Part shown: piece after piece, positions 28,601 to 40,330 of the stretch | How positions within the stretch are numbered: the first letter of the stretch is position 1 | How the letters are laid out: every line of letters begins with the position of its first letter | Translations under genes and position numbers: made by a program | Assembly (NCBI GenBank): GCA_040954595.2 | Contig: CM082598.2 | Coordinates: forward strand, 2,108,001 to 2,172,000 | Origin: Balanoglossus misakiensis | Lineage: Eukaryota; Animalia; Hemichordata | Direction: 5' to 3' | DNA length: 64,000 nt | The notes under the pieces: model-generated | What the model was told of the DNA's origin: nothing | Database searches by the model: none | The model's input: only the letters and a program-made list of their open reading frames with translations

Positions 28601-31090
28601 CATGTCCGCTCCTTGTATTTCTCAAAGCGCGACGCATGTCTGAAAAATAAAACCGCTTTTCTCATCTCTCGCTGATCATTGTGGCGACTAGCGGTTGTCT
28701 TAACGACACAAGATCACCCCATATTACACTAACCTTTGTATGAACTTTGCAATCTTCTATTCCAAGAAGTCTTAACGGAATATTCTTTTCTGTGAAGAAT
28801 CAATTACTCCACCTTGAGAGTTCACATTTCAATGAAATTTACTTAGCACGTTTTTCGTAAGTTACACAGCTCTTATAGCAGAAAATTTGAAAAAGCAAAA
28901 CGTGGTTTGTGGCCATATTTGCTTTGTATTTTACGTCGTCTCTCAAAAATCTCTTTAATACAATTTTAAGACTGATTTTCGTAATAAAATTTGCAATTGT
29001 AATAAAATCTTCAGTTTTGTAAGGAAACGATTGTGTAATATCAACAATGAACTGGTAATACTACATATTTGTATGAATTATGTAAAGTGTAACTATCGCG
29101 AACGACAGCGCTGCTTCTATAAATATAGTTTACCTGCAGTAAAATTTCAAATTTGCTATTTTTATTATTCCGCTGAACATGTTTGTGTAACCTTCGGGTT
29201 TATATTATTTGTCTCCTCGAGTGTCGTGCCACACGATTATTGGTTGTAAAACTTCGAGTTCCTTGCGAATCAGGAAATTGCTTATTTTTATGGCAACGGC
29301 GACATTAAGTGTTTTGGGGAAGAAGTAATGACGTGGGTCTTGCTGCGGGGTGGGAAGACAAATGTACACATATTCATTGACAGTCTCACTGCTTTAGTCT
29401 GTGTGTCTGTCTGTATGTATGTATGTGGGGGAGGTATGTAGGTGGAAGGATGGATGGATGGAGAAAGGGATACGGGTACGTTGGTATTAGGTGCGCAGGC
29501 AGGCAGACAGACTTTACATGGAGCAAATCTATTTAAATCGGTAGCAAACGCATCTCGTCTGAAATGTACTCAATTAGGACGGTTTCTACGCGAAAAATTA
29601 AATGAAAAGTAATTAAAACAAACTGTTGTATATGGTTAACGTGTTAGGAGTGAGGCTTAGCTTACAGACGCTTTAAGTTGCCAACAATCTCTTGGAGACC
29701 TGTTGATAAGAGCGAAGACGATGCTCAGGCAGCAGACACATCTGGGTCCAAAAATAGACACAAGTAAATCCCGTTTACATGTGATGGACGACCGCTTGAC
29801 GTCACTTGCGGCATCGTCGTCATTTGGAGCGGTGACGCTGATTGCGGACGGGGGCAGCGTTAATGGGAGTCGAGCGCGAGTGGCGAACAACATCGGCAGC
29901 GGCAATGAATTCAGAGACGCTAGTAATTGGCTCGCGGGGAAGCCATTTGCTGGGCCCTTATGATCAGTTACTAGTCTCCATATTAACTTTTAAATGGGTT
30001 CGAATTGCACGACGCTAACTGTTTTTTTAAAGGATTGACATCAGAAATAGAATGTGTGCCAGTCTGCGACGTCATTTGTTTATGAAACAAGACAATTCTT
30101 AACGCCTCTGGTTCACAGTAATTATATCTGTTCTAATAAGGATTTCTTGGATAAGGTGTGGGCACGGATAACTATGTTGTCCAAGACATCTTTATTGTCC
30201 TGTCAGAAGTATGACACAGTTGTCGACATTTGAGTGGTGTGGTGTCTTTTCTCGACGAATTTATTCAGTAATCTGTTATGACGTAGATTCCTCCCAGCAA
30301 AAAATGGCCATTACAAGTACATTGCTTTGCACGTTGGCACAAAGTAAATTCCTATGAGGTATCACCTATTTGCATATTTGTAAGAAAACATTTTCCATAC
30401 TCAACCCTATCAAAACAAGCAAATTGAACCTATCCTTTAAATTCATACAAAGCTCGACTAATACGTCATATGACGTCATCCACCTACGTCATCATTTTCG
30501 CGTCTGATATATCTAGTTTCCCGATTTGCATATTCTTGGAGAACTGCAAAGAGAGAGAATGGAGGAAATTGTGAAGCATGTAATACATGCTTGAGTTAGA
30601 AGCGGACGTGTAATTGAAATATTGCCACAAAAGAATGCTTTTATAGTGTAATAATGATTATATTGACTGATAAACCGTGTCTAATTTTAGCAACAGGTAT
30701 AATTAGATTAAAAGTGTGGTTGCATAATTTAATCATTGTGAATTTATTACACTCCATTGCGTTTGCGCATGAAGTAATACGAATTGGCATTTTCATTCAA
30801 GCGAAAAAGTGAACATGCTTACTCGGTATGAGTGAGCTTGGTCCTTCCATAGTGTTAAATCGGGGATTATCCAAATACAGGAAGTATTTGGGTCTAGGAA
30901 AATCTCAGCCCCGTCTCTTTGGGAGAAAAGGAGATATAGGCCTATTTGTGAGACCGAGGAAATGATACGTTTATTGAGTGAGTGAAATAGGCAGTTATTC
31001 ATTACTTTTGTTATTCAGATGAAAGCGAGGAAGCCGCGCCTTTTGAATTTGCAAATGTCAAAAGGTGGTGAATGTTTGTTCGGAATTAGA

Positions 31091-31428
31091 CCAATAATTG
31101 CCATGGTAGATCCATGACGAATCGTTAGCCAGGAAGACACTTTACAGTCAAGTGGCGGGGAAGGGGGGGGGGGGGATTTAATTAAGGTGGATTAGACAGA
31201 AGCCAATGGAAGGGTTATGGGTAACCAACATTTTGCCATATCACGCCAAGCTGAGCAGCACATAATACAGCCCCCCGCCCACTTGGAGAAATTCCACCTT
31301 CAGGGTTTTTCATGCTCTGAGCACGTGACCCGTTTTTTTTCTTCCGCTTTCCCGGCCTTGTGGTGGGATACTTCTTGTAGTTCCGAAGAAGTTGATAATG
31401 TGCGACTGGCCGTCTCATGGAGCAGCGG
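31091..31428 (+). promoter_or_regulatory. Candidate neurotrophin promoter/first exon C (proximal)
   Basis: CCAAT boxes (31091, 31203), GC-boxes (~31154, ~31273), E-box CACGTG (31322), then ATG GAG CAG CGG|GTGAGA (ATG 31417, donor 31429), phase 0. Confidence 0.4.
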
Positions 31429-33401
31429 GTGAGAAACGCTTGTTAGTCATTTTTTATTGCGGTGTGTGTCTAAGTGAGTTTGGTAGGGTGTAATTAGCGT
31501 GGATCGTTTTATTGCGCGGTTATGTATTCGGTGATCCCTGTGGACGAGAGTCTGGGTAATATTTGCTCACACGGGAGATGTCACAAATTACGCTGTTTGA
31601 GCGGATGATTGATATAGCAAATTTAACTTGTGTGTCTCTACTGTACATCAAACGCGATATAACCCACAACCACGATTAATTCACATCTTGCACGCCACTG
31701 ACAGCAAGTGGCAGGCGCTGAACAATCTACAGGTGTATCGTTTAGTCACTTGCGAATCATTTTCACCAAATGTCGGGTTAATTTAATTTTTTTACATTAT
31801 AAGATCATCACCATAGTTCATATTTTTCCCGTTCTTGTGTTGTAACCACTTTTGAGTTCCATCTCTCCGTACACGATCCCGGATCGTTTTAAACGCCATT
31901 TTGCATCGACTTGCAGTTAATGCTAATCTTTAAAGTGCCGTGTAAGTTTACACTAATCCCTTCAGTCTTTAAGAAATCCGCAATCTACTTGGATAGAACC
32001 CGTCCATGTTTAATTCCCTTTCTTGTGGTCGGCCAACAAACTGCATACTGTTCGATGTATGATAACACACCTGTAGAACGATTCCCCCGATCTGCGATGA
32101 ACGCGCCAGAGTTGATCGGCGAAAGAGTCGACAATTTTTAACTCAGTGTTGATTCCTCGATTGGTCGTTTGATTGATTGATAATTGGTCCGTTGGTCGAT
32201 TGATTTGCTAGTCTTTGTTTTGTGCCTCAACCCCACAATTTACTTTAACGAAATGGTCTGCTATTTGCCCCGGGCCTTCTTCACATCACGGAAATGGTAT
32301 CACTAATGGGGGTGAGAGACCGTAAAAAATTATGGTATTTAACTCAAACTATTGCAATAACATTATTGGATATCTTTTGTGAACTTGACATTTAACTGCC
32401 CCGCTTAATAAATGCAATTTCCATTAATATCATGGTTACTAACGTTAATATTAAGGTAGGTAAAAAATTGAATAACGACACCATTTAGGGTTGAGCTGCT
32501 GTTGACGTGTATACGTGGTTGGGTGATTGCGAGGGAGAGAGAGGGGGGGGCGGGAGACGAGAGAGAGGGGGAAGAGGGGAATAGAGAGACGAGAGGAGGC
32601 AAACAGAATTTAGAGACAGTTGTTCGCGTAACCCTAGTTAAAGAAAACCATGAGACAGCGAGAGTGTATTAAGCAAATCGATTATACAGATCAAGAGGTC
32701 AGAAGGATGGTCTGTTAAAATGTAAACCTTTGTACCTACAGGCATGTAAGAACGTAAGGGAATTAGTGGCTGGGAAAGATTAATATAAAATCATATTAGC
32801 TTGTACGTACTAGCTGTGAGTCGTGACGCACGACCAGTTCCTAAGGCATTACTTCTTCAGACAGAGAGAGGTCTTTCATCTATTAGGAAGTTAATTCTCG
32901 GACATTTTGATGACACGTGACCCTTTTAATCGGCGCAAATAGCCAATATCCATGTCCCGGGTGTTGTGTTCGCCTTGTTTCTGGGCACATCACGATCTGG
33001 CCATAATACCGAGATCGATTTATGAAAATGGTGTTTGAAAATGATTGTGGTGTACGTGAATGCTCGCGCTGCAGCGAGGTGAACTAGGAGAAGAGTCAAT
33101 GGCCGTTGACTCGTGCAGTGAACACGCCGTTCAATACTTAAAGCCCAAGAGCTGCCGCCATGTTGCATTATTTTCATGATTTCACTTTCAAACTTATGTA
33201 AGTCTATCTAAGTGAGCTTTCTGAGACTAGACAAGTCCCCTTTAACCATATAGGAACATATATGTAAATTATAAACGATTGTTATATTCTTTAACAGTTT
33301 TTGGTAGTTCTACAGGCGAAAATGTGAGTTGGCGATGAGGTTGAACAAAAATATTCGGCGCCTTGTTGTAATCATTTTGTTTCTCTCATTCCTTGCAGAG
33401 A

Positions 33402-34142
33402 ATGATGAAACTTGTATTCGGTATTATATTGCTGCTTACCGTGTGTTCAAATATGGCGGAAACGGCTCCGAGAATACGGAGGACGCACAGACATAGCGAA
33501 GAGAGAAAAGAAGAAGACGTAGACAGTGGAGGAAATAGCGTTGGTGGTTTACCAAAGCTTGATTTTAAAACTCCTGCCGAGATTTCCAAAAGTATCAATC
33601 CTGCCTTTTCGTCGCATTTAGTTTCTTTTTCAACTGAAAAACCTTCGGCGCCGCCATGGCAACTGTCATCATCGCCGAACGATCTGTATTATGAAGATGA
33701 CAGCGAGAGTGTTGAATCTTTCGGCAGAAGAAAGCGCGCGACCCCAGAGACGTCTGTCTGTGACGGTCGGAGCCACTGGGTCACCAAAGAATGGGCGAGA
33801 GATATTCACGGAGACAATGTGACAGTTCTGTCACGGTTTGTGACGAATAACAACACTATAGCGGGGCAGTATTTTTTCGAGACTTCGTGCAGGGACACAG
33901 GCGAAACAGCGCCCCCGAACGGCTGTCGAGGTATCGACAAACGCCAGTATAACTCGGTGTGCAAAGAAAAGAAATCCTGGGCGTACGCCATGGTCAGAAC
34001 GCCAGAAGGGATCCACAAATTGGATTGGATAGCTGTCAAAACATCATGTGTGTGCGCTCTACGTAGAAAAACAGATCCCTTAATACGGACCACGAGGGGG
34101 GCATTACTCTATGCCCTCCTGAACAGAAATTGGAGGGATTAA
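33402..34142 (+). CDS. Neurotrophin precursor (NGF/BDNF/NT-3 family; invertebrate-type), single coding exon, 246 aa
   Basis: Hydrophobic signal peptide (MMKLVFGIILLLTVCSNMA), pro-domain, furin site RRKR (33726-33737), then a mature domain with NGF-family motifs SVCD..S.WV, DIxG..VTVL, QYFFETxC, GCRGID, YNSxC, CVC and all six cystine-knot cysteines. A polypyrimidine tract and CAG acceptor (AG 33397-33398) lie 3 nt before the ATG, as in vertebrate neurotrophin coding exons. The ORF-track start at 33393 is an intronic TTG. Confidence 0.97.
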   Translation: MMKLVFGIILLLTVCSNMAETAPRIRRTHRHSEERKEEDVDSGGNSVGGLPKLDFKTPAEISKSINPAFSSHLVSFSTEKPSAPPWQLSSSPNDLYYEDDSESVESFGRRKRATPETSVCDGRSHWVTKEWARDIHGDNVTVLSRFVTNNNTIAGQYFFETSCRDTGETAPPNGCRGIDKRQYNSVCKEKKSWAYAMVRTPEGIHKLDWIAVKTSCVCALRRKTDPLIRTTRGALLYALLNRNWRD

Positions 34143-34605
34143 AAAACACAGTAATCTGGGTTGACTATAATATTATGAACGATAGGAGCGTCGTGTTGGA
34201 TATACTTACTTTTCTGTCAAAAGTTGTTTCATTAATTATTGCTTTGTGACCGACGGCAAATTATGTATTCTGATCGGACTCCTGGTTTCAAGAAGAAACA
34301 CACAAACACACACAACCGAGCTGACATTAAGTTTCACTGCCGCGTCATCCAGTTTCCAACAAAACCCACCTGTACGCCCCCCCCCCCCCGCGATCCATCG
34401 GTCACAGTATCAGAGACTTCAGTGCTATTGTATAAGACGACCAGCGTACAACTTTTCAATATTTTAAATGTGTGTATAAATCTATCTCATATCACAACTT
34501 AACTCTCAGTGCCTGTGGGGGAGGATATATTCTATACCTATTTATCTTTACGTGTAAATGTCATTTTCGGTGTATTTGTTGGACTGACTCAGTTGAATAC
34601 TTTTT

Positions 34606-34611
34606 ATTAAA
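34606..34611 (+). terminator. Candidate neurotrophin polyadenylation signal (ATTAAA)
   Basis: ATTAAA ~460 nt after the stop codon with T-rich and GT-rich sequence downstream. A canonical AATAAA occurs further on near 35678. Confidence 0.3.
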
Positions 34612-37600
34612 CTTGTTCCCATTTGTCATTTCATATGACGTCATTTAGAAATACATTCGCTTCTATATGTGCACTAATCAAACGTGTTTGTGTATTTTTG
34701 TAATTATTGGAATGTGTGTATGTGTGTGCGTGCATAATTTGTCAAATTTAAAGGGGAAAAACCTGGAGTTTACTGGCATTCGAAATTTTTGGTCAGTCAA
34801 ACCGTACATTAGATTAGTATGGCATATTGAGTCACTACTGACATTAGATGAAGTCTAGGCAATAGTATTTTGTAAGGTTTCGTTTGCGTCATAGTAATAA
34901 TTTCATTTCTATACTGATTCGACTATAATAACATAAATATTTGGCTCAACTTAGGGAGACGAGGGCCTGAACGAATTTATACCGATGGGGGCGTTTATTA
35001 TCGCAAGGGATTGTGGGTAGCTGAAGCGTTGTGTAGTCTGCTACAGAAACTTTACATCCATCCTATAAATGTTGTATTTTTCTGCGGACGTCATGCAAAA
35101 TGCAGGATTTCTAGTATACAAAGGATTATGTCTGAGTGTGAAGATACATTGAGCATAGTTTTAGGATTTTTGGACCAGAAATTTACCGATTATGCAGGCG
35201 ATAGTTCGGCGTAGGATCTGACTCGGACATCCAGCCAGCTACTCATCATATGGATGTTGATGGGTGCGTACAAGAGAAACGGGAAAAAACTGAGGTTAGT
35301 GACACTAGTTAGAATATTATGCTTATAAATAGTTTTAGCATAACTGTCTGCAATCCTCGACGGAGTTTTATATTTTTGTGAACAGTAATTTTAACGCGCG
35401 TTCACTGACAACATGCAAAGCATGCACATGTGATGTAGTCTCGTCTAGACTGATAAACGAGATACACAACACATTGGCATTGCAAGTACCTGCACTCCTC
35501 GCTCCATAGGGGTCAGTAGATGTCCTCAAAGTCAAACATTCTGGTTTTATTTTACATCCTAAGTCAAAAAAGGAAACGCGAAAACTATGGACCCACAGAT
35601 ATGCATCTTCGCTGCCAGGCTTCGCAGTCAGTTTCAACCCCCACTCTCTCCCGTTGCCAAGATGCAGTGTACAGATGAATAAATTACCATGGCATTATCC
35701 TGGGTTCATGTACTTCCTGGTTGGACAAACGTTCACTACTACAAAAATTTTTTCTCGATTTCATCTCCAGTCGCCATAAATTTATCATTTGCGCTGTTTC
35801 TAACCATGGCCCCTGTGCTCTAACATAACCTTGTCATCGCCGCACACCGTGGCAGGGAAAAGTAACGAATTTTCAGAAAACACGACCCTTTTCAAAACAA
35901 CAAGGTAACATTGACGTAGGCGAAGTTTTTTGGAACAGGGAGGAAGTAGGTCAAATGTTAATAACAAAATTAAACATTCGATAGTCAAAAGTGCGATCGG
36001 ACCATGGAGATACTAGAGAGGTGCTCTCTTAGTACCTCCATGATCGGACGCAGGGGAAACGCGCTTGCTCGCTTTGTTCAATGCAACCAGATACAGACAT
36101 TTTGGATACATTGAAAGGTAGTTCATGTACATTTCACACATGAACTTTACAATATGGATGGGTGATCCCGTGTGATCGGGGACTGACCTCGCTGACATTG
36201 TTTGCTAACATTGACTTTATTGCACCTATAGTATTAAGTCTGGCTTCCTTGTTTGTTAAAGTCTGTAAAAGTTTTGGGGTTGGGACACTCAAGAACATTT
36301 CTACTGTTAATGACTGCAGTGATCTGTAAATTATCAAAATATCCATTCTGGCCAGAATCTTGCATGACATGTTTGTATTATTTTTGCAAGCAAACTTGTT
36401 GAAGAGGATATTACTCATTCAAATCCTACAAATCCTGATTTTTCCCTTATTTGAACAGACTGCCATTTCAGTGATATACCACAGTGACTACATCTGTTGG
36501 CATCCAATACTTTATGAAGCCTATATTCCATAAGGTGAGTGAATATATTTTGTGAAATATCATAAATGAATTCATTGGCACTGAGTTGTGCATCCTCCCT
36601 AATTTCAATGACAATGCTTCTAGTTAAACAGTGTTTGTTTTGTAAACAATCAAATGCTCTCATGTTTTTTTTACAGGAGAGGGTGTTCTTTGAAGGGTGT
36701 TCCTAGTGTTGACCAAGGCATTCACACCTAAGGCGATAATCCAGAAGTCCACCATTTGTGGGAATTATGGAATATTTGAAGTCCATAGTCCCAGCTACCA
36801 TTGGCATGATACCAGTGCATACAGTTTCCACTGATGGTAAGTATGCTGTTAGTGTGTTAGTCTATGGTGGTATATTTCAGTGTCTTCCCTGCCCAGGGAA
36901 TTTTGATAGGATGGTGACTAATTTGCATAACAACAGAAGTAATTATTATGCTTCTAAAGTTTTATTGTTTTGGTAAAATTGAAGTACAGTGGCCACTGTC
37001 TTTCATTGCTCTGGGGAGAACACTAACTATTATTGAAAATTGAATAGAAATTCAAGCTACTTTTAATAGGATTCTAAAATTACTGATGCTTTCAATGTTT
37101 GCCAAAGTGGTTGCCATGGAAATGTGCTGCATCAAATTGGACTTCATGTTTTGTTCTTTCTGACTCAAGATGACTCTAGGATGAATTTTTGTTGTAATCT
37201 ATGACAATTTCAATGTGATTTAGACAAAAAAATCAGTTCAGCCTCAAAATGTTGTGTTAGGGAAGAGCCAATTGATTTCGGGGGGGGGGGGGGGGTTAGG
37301 GTATATCAGCAATTTTTTTTTCAGCCACTGTAATACAGCAATTTTTTTTCCTATTGCCATTCCTTTTTGTCTCAAGGTAAATTGTAAGAATATAGCAATA
37401 TTGCAACACTGTTCTCTTAGAATTCTGCATATAAGGCTATGGTATTAACTGCATTTAAGTGGTCCCTACATTAATTCCATTACAGTTAAAAATTGTACTT
37501 CTGTTACTCTCTATAGCTGTGCTGCTGTTTGAGTGTAACCTACATTCTGCGAAACATTGTGAAACCAAGTCTTTTGGAAACAAGAAGACACAGATGTGAG

Positions 37601-37764
37601 ATAACAGACACCCATGCAAGTATTATCGACTGGTGGCTCATAAGGTTTTCAAGCAAAAAGTGGTAAGTACTTAACATGTACTTCTAGTTGTAAAAAGTGT
37701 GCTGTATGGAAAAACTATAATAGAAGTCTGAAAACTTTTTTGGATGGATTTCTATGATATTTTT

Positions 37765-37989
37765 TTCAATCTTGTGACCGCATTTCAGGTACATCGTATA
37801 ATTATATGATCTTACCTGAAATGTCATGTATCAAATACAGCAGTATCCGATTAACAATTTGATATTGGATTACTGTAATTTCAATTCAATCTCGTGACCA
37901 CGTTTCAGGTACATGCATTGTATAATTATATGATCTTACCTGAAATGTCATGTACGAAATACCGTGGTATATGAGTGACAATTTGATAT
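37765..37989. repeat. Tandem duplication of a ~120-bp unit with an internal inverted repeat
   Basis: Units start at 37765 and 37885 (TTCAATCT.GTGACC...TTTCAGGTACAT...TATAATTATATGATCTTACCTGAAATGTCATGTA...ACAATTTGATAT). Copy 1 holds the stem CATTTCAGGTA/TACCTGAAATG. Confidence 0.85.
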
Positions 37990-38633
37990 CAGATATTGTC
38001 TGGGATCATTTGAAACATTTTCTTTATAATAACAAAATGACTTACCTGCGGCACATATTTTTTAGAAATCACGACACTTTGACAATTTATAACTGGGAAT
38101 AGTAGGTATCCTATTTCAAAAATGCAATAAAATATCTATATGTGTTTGAAGCTATACAACCCAGTGCAGCTACGCAGTTTGTTGACTGGATATCTCAGAA
38201 TCTTAGTCAAATTTGTAATGTACACATAATGATAACCAAACACCAACATCACGTTGGAACATTGACATTTATTAAGCAAATTATTTGAAATTCTCACATC
38301 ATGACATGATCATCATTGAGTATTTACGTAATCTTACTACTTAACAGTGAAATTTAAATTGTATTAAAAATACTACTTGAGTCGCAGATCTGCACTTGTT
38401 TTCTATCTATACATACAAAAATATGCATCTGTAATTTTATCAAGTAAACAAGAAGTAATGTGCTGCCCATAACCCAAGAGATTAATACCCACAGAGCTGG
38501 ACACTATAAACAGTGTATTCATTTTAGCTATTACACATTGCCTAATGATAATTTAGTGCCATCATAAGATGACCTGTGCAGTGATTTATTCGATAAAGCC
38601 CTCATGAGGTTTCAGCTTAAGATTTGGCTTTAA

Positions 38634-38718
38634 CCCTTTCACCCCCCTCTCCGTGTATAGAGGTCCAAGTTTACCATAGAAAACAATAGAATCGGATCAA
38701 ACCATGGTAGTGAAAGGG
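38634..38718. mobile_element. Short TTAA-flanked MITE (piggyBac-type ends), copy 1
   Basis: TTAA|CCCTTTCAC ... GTGAAAGGG|TT; internal TAGAGGTCCAA...CCATAGAAAACAAT shared with copy 2. Confidence 0.72.
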
Positions 38719-40132
38719 TTCTGTAGGGGTAATTAGCGAGCATGCTGTGAACGGCGGAACTGGGATCGTGCAAAATGAGGTCTTTATCATCGTTGCAAGT
38801 TGGTGTTCAAACTTCTTATTTACAACCACGAAAATATAGGCACCACAAGACTCTTGTCCTTGCGACTTTCATTCTAGCTTTTAACAAGTTTATACAGTAA
38901 ACATCTTTGTAGAAATAATGAAAACTTTCATGCTTAATTCTTTAATTGATACCTAAGCAGAAGACAGCATGACAAAGTAACCGTGACAACATTTATAAAT
39001 ATGGAAATCATTAAAATATCTTAAATGGTTTCCTGTTACACCATTCGAGAATAGATTTAAATAACTCATATATGCACAATCTGTTTAAAACTAACTTACT
39101 TTGGAGTTCTTGGTACATTTGTCTTCAGGCTAAGAGGTCAAATTATGTTGTTATAAATTTCTTGTAGCTAAAACTGTCTACCAATTAGTGTAGTACATCT
39201 GATTACAAATGATGGAGAAAGATCAAAATATACTCTTCGGGTATTTTGTGAATGTTTAGTATTTTGAATGCAAAACTGGCATACAGAAAATTTCATCAAA
39301 TTTGTTTGTTTGACGTAAACAATTCTTACATTTTATACTTTTGAGAACTATACAGGCACAATTTCTCAGCTAATAGTACATTCAGTGGGAACTATTACTA
39401 GTATTATACTCGTATTTATACTATTTCGTAAATAATTAATATTGTTTGAGACTGCATGGACGGAATATGATAACAGGGTGATGAAAAAGTTTCATAAAAC
39501 ACTCACAAAATAACCCGTGGCATTTAGCATTTGGATTTCCAATGGACAATACATCGCAATAGCATTCAGATGAACTTTATCACAAACTTATAAACACAAT
39601 ATTAAGAGTACTTGAGATTTCAGTGATGGTGAGAGATATAAGTGGGTGCAAACCTTCCATGAAAAATATTTGATTTTGAAAAGTGATATTTTATTATTTA
39701 AATACACATTGGCAACAGATTTAAGTTCATCAAGTAAATATTGTGTGACTTTAAAAAGTACAGTCATTGGTAAAACTCTTGTTATTTTAAATCTTATAAT
39801 TTTGGGGAAGTAGGAATTTCAAAACTAAAATATTGAAAGAGAAGGAATGCGTAGGATTGTTTCATAAAATAATGTTATCATAGATGCTATTTACAAAGTC
39901 TGTACAAGATAAATTCATATTGTTTTCAGTGTTATCGTACACTTTTAAAATATGTATGGACAAAGTATCTTAATATCAGTGTCAAACAGAGATTACTACT
40001 GATCGATGAAAGGAATGAACATTATGATGGCATAAAAACATTAGTGGTTGTGGCAAATTGTCTTGTATATTTAAAAAGAGTCAAAGAAATAGCGAGAGTC
40101 AACGAAATAGTATGGAATGTGCCTGTTTACTT

Positions 40133-40330
40133 TCAGTCAGACACTTCCGTCATCTTCGTGGCGACAGACGAAGCGCGAGAAACCCCACTACCATTCCGTA
40201 ACACCACGTATTTGTCGGTTTCGTTGGGCGCATTTGAGTCGAGGCTGTCATGTCTGTCAGCAGCCGCAGGGTGGCGCGAGCGAGGTTGTGATCTGATGGA
40301 CGTGGATGACGACTGCATTTCAGTCGAATC
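40133..40330 (-). CDS. aGPCR exon 20 (terminal coding exon)
   Basis: cctttgcag|[21 protein letters not shown]...[15 protein letters not shown]; phase 0; followed by AT-rich 3'UTR-like sequence. Confidence 0.8.
   Translation of the reverse strand, partial: DSTEMQSSSTSIRSQPRSRHPAAADRHDSLDSNAPNETDKYVVLRNGSGVSRASSVATKMTEVSD

Noticed and set aside
33806-34093. Antisense ORFs over the neurotrophin
   Set aside because: Shadow frames of the real coding strand, with no recognisable protein features.
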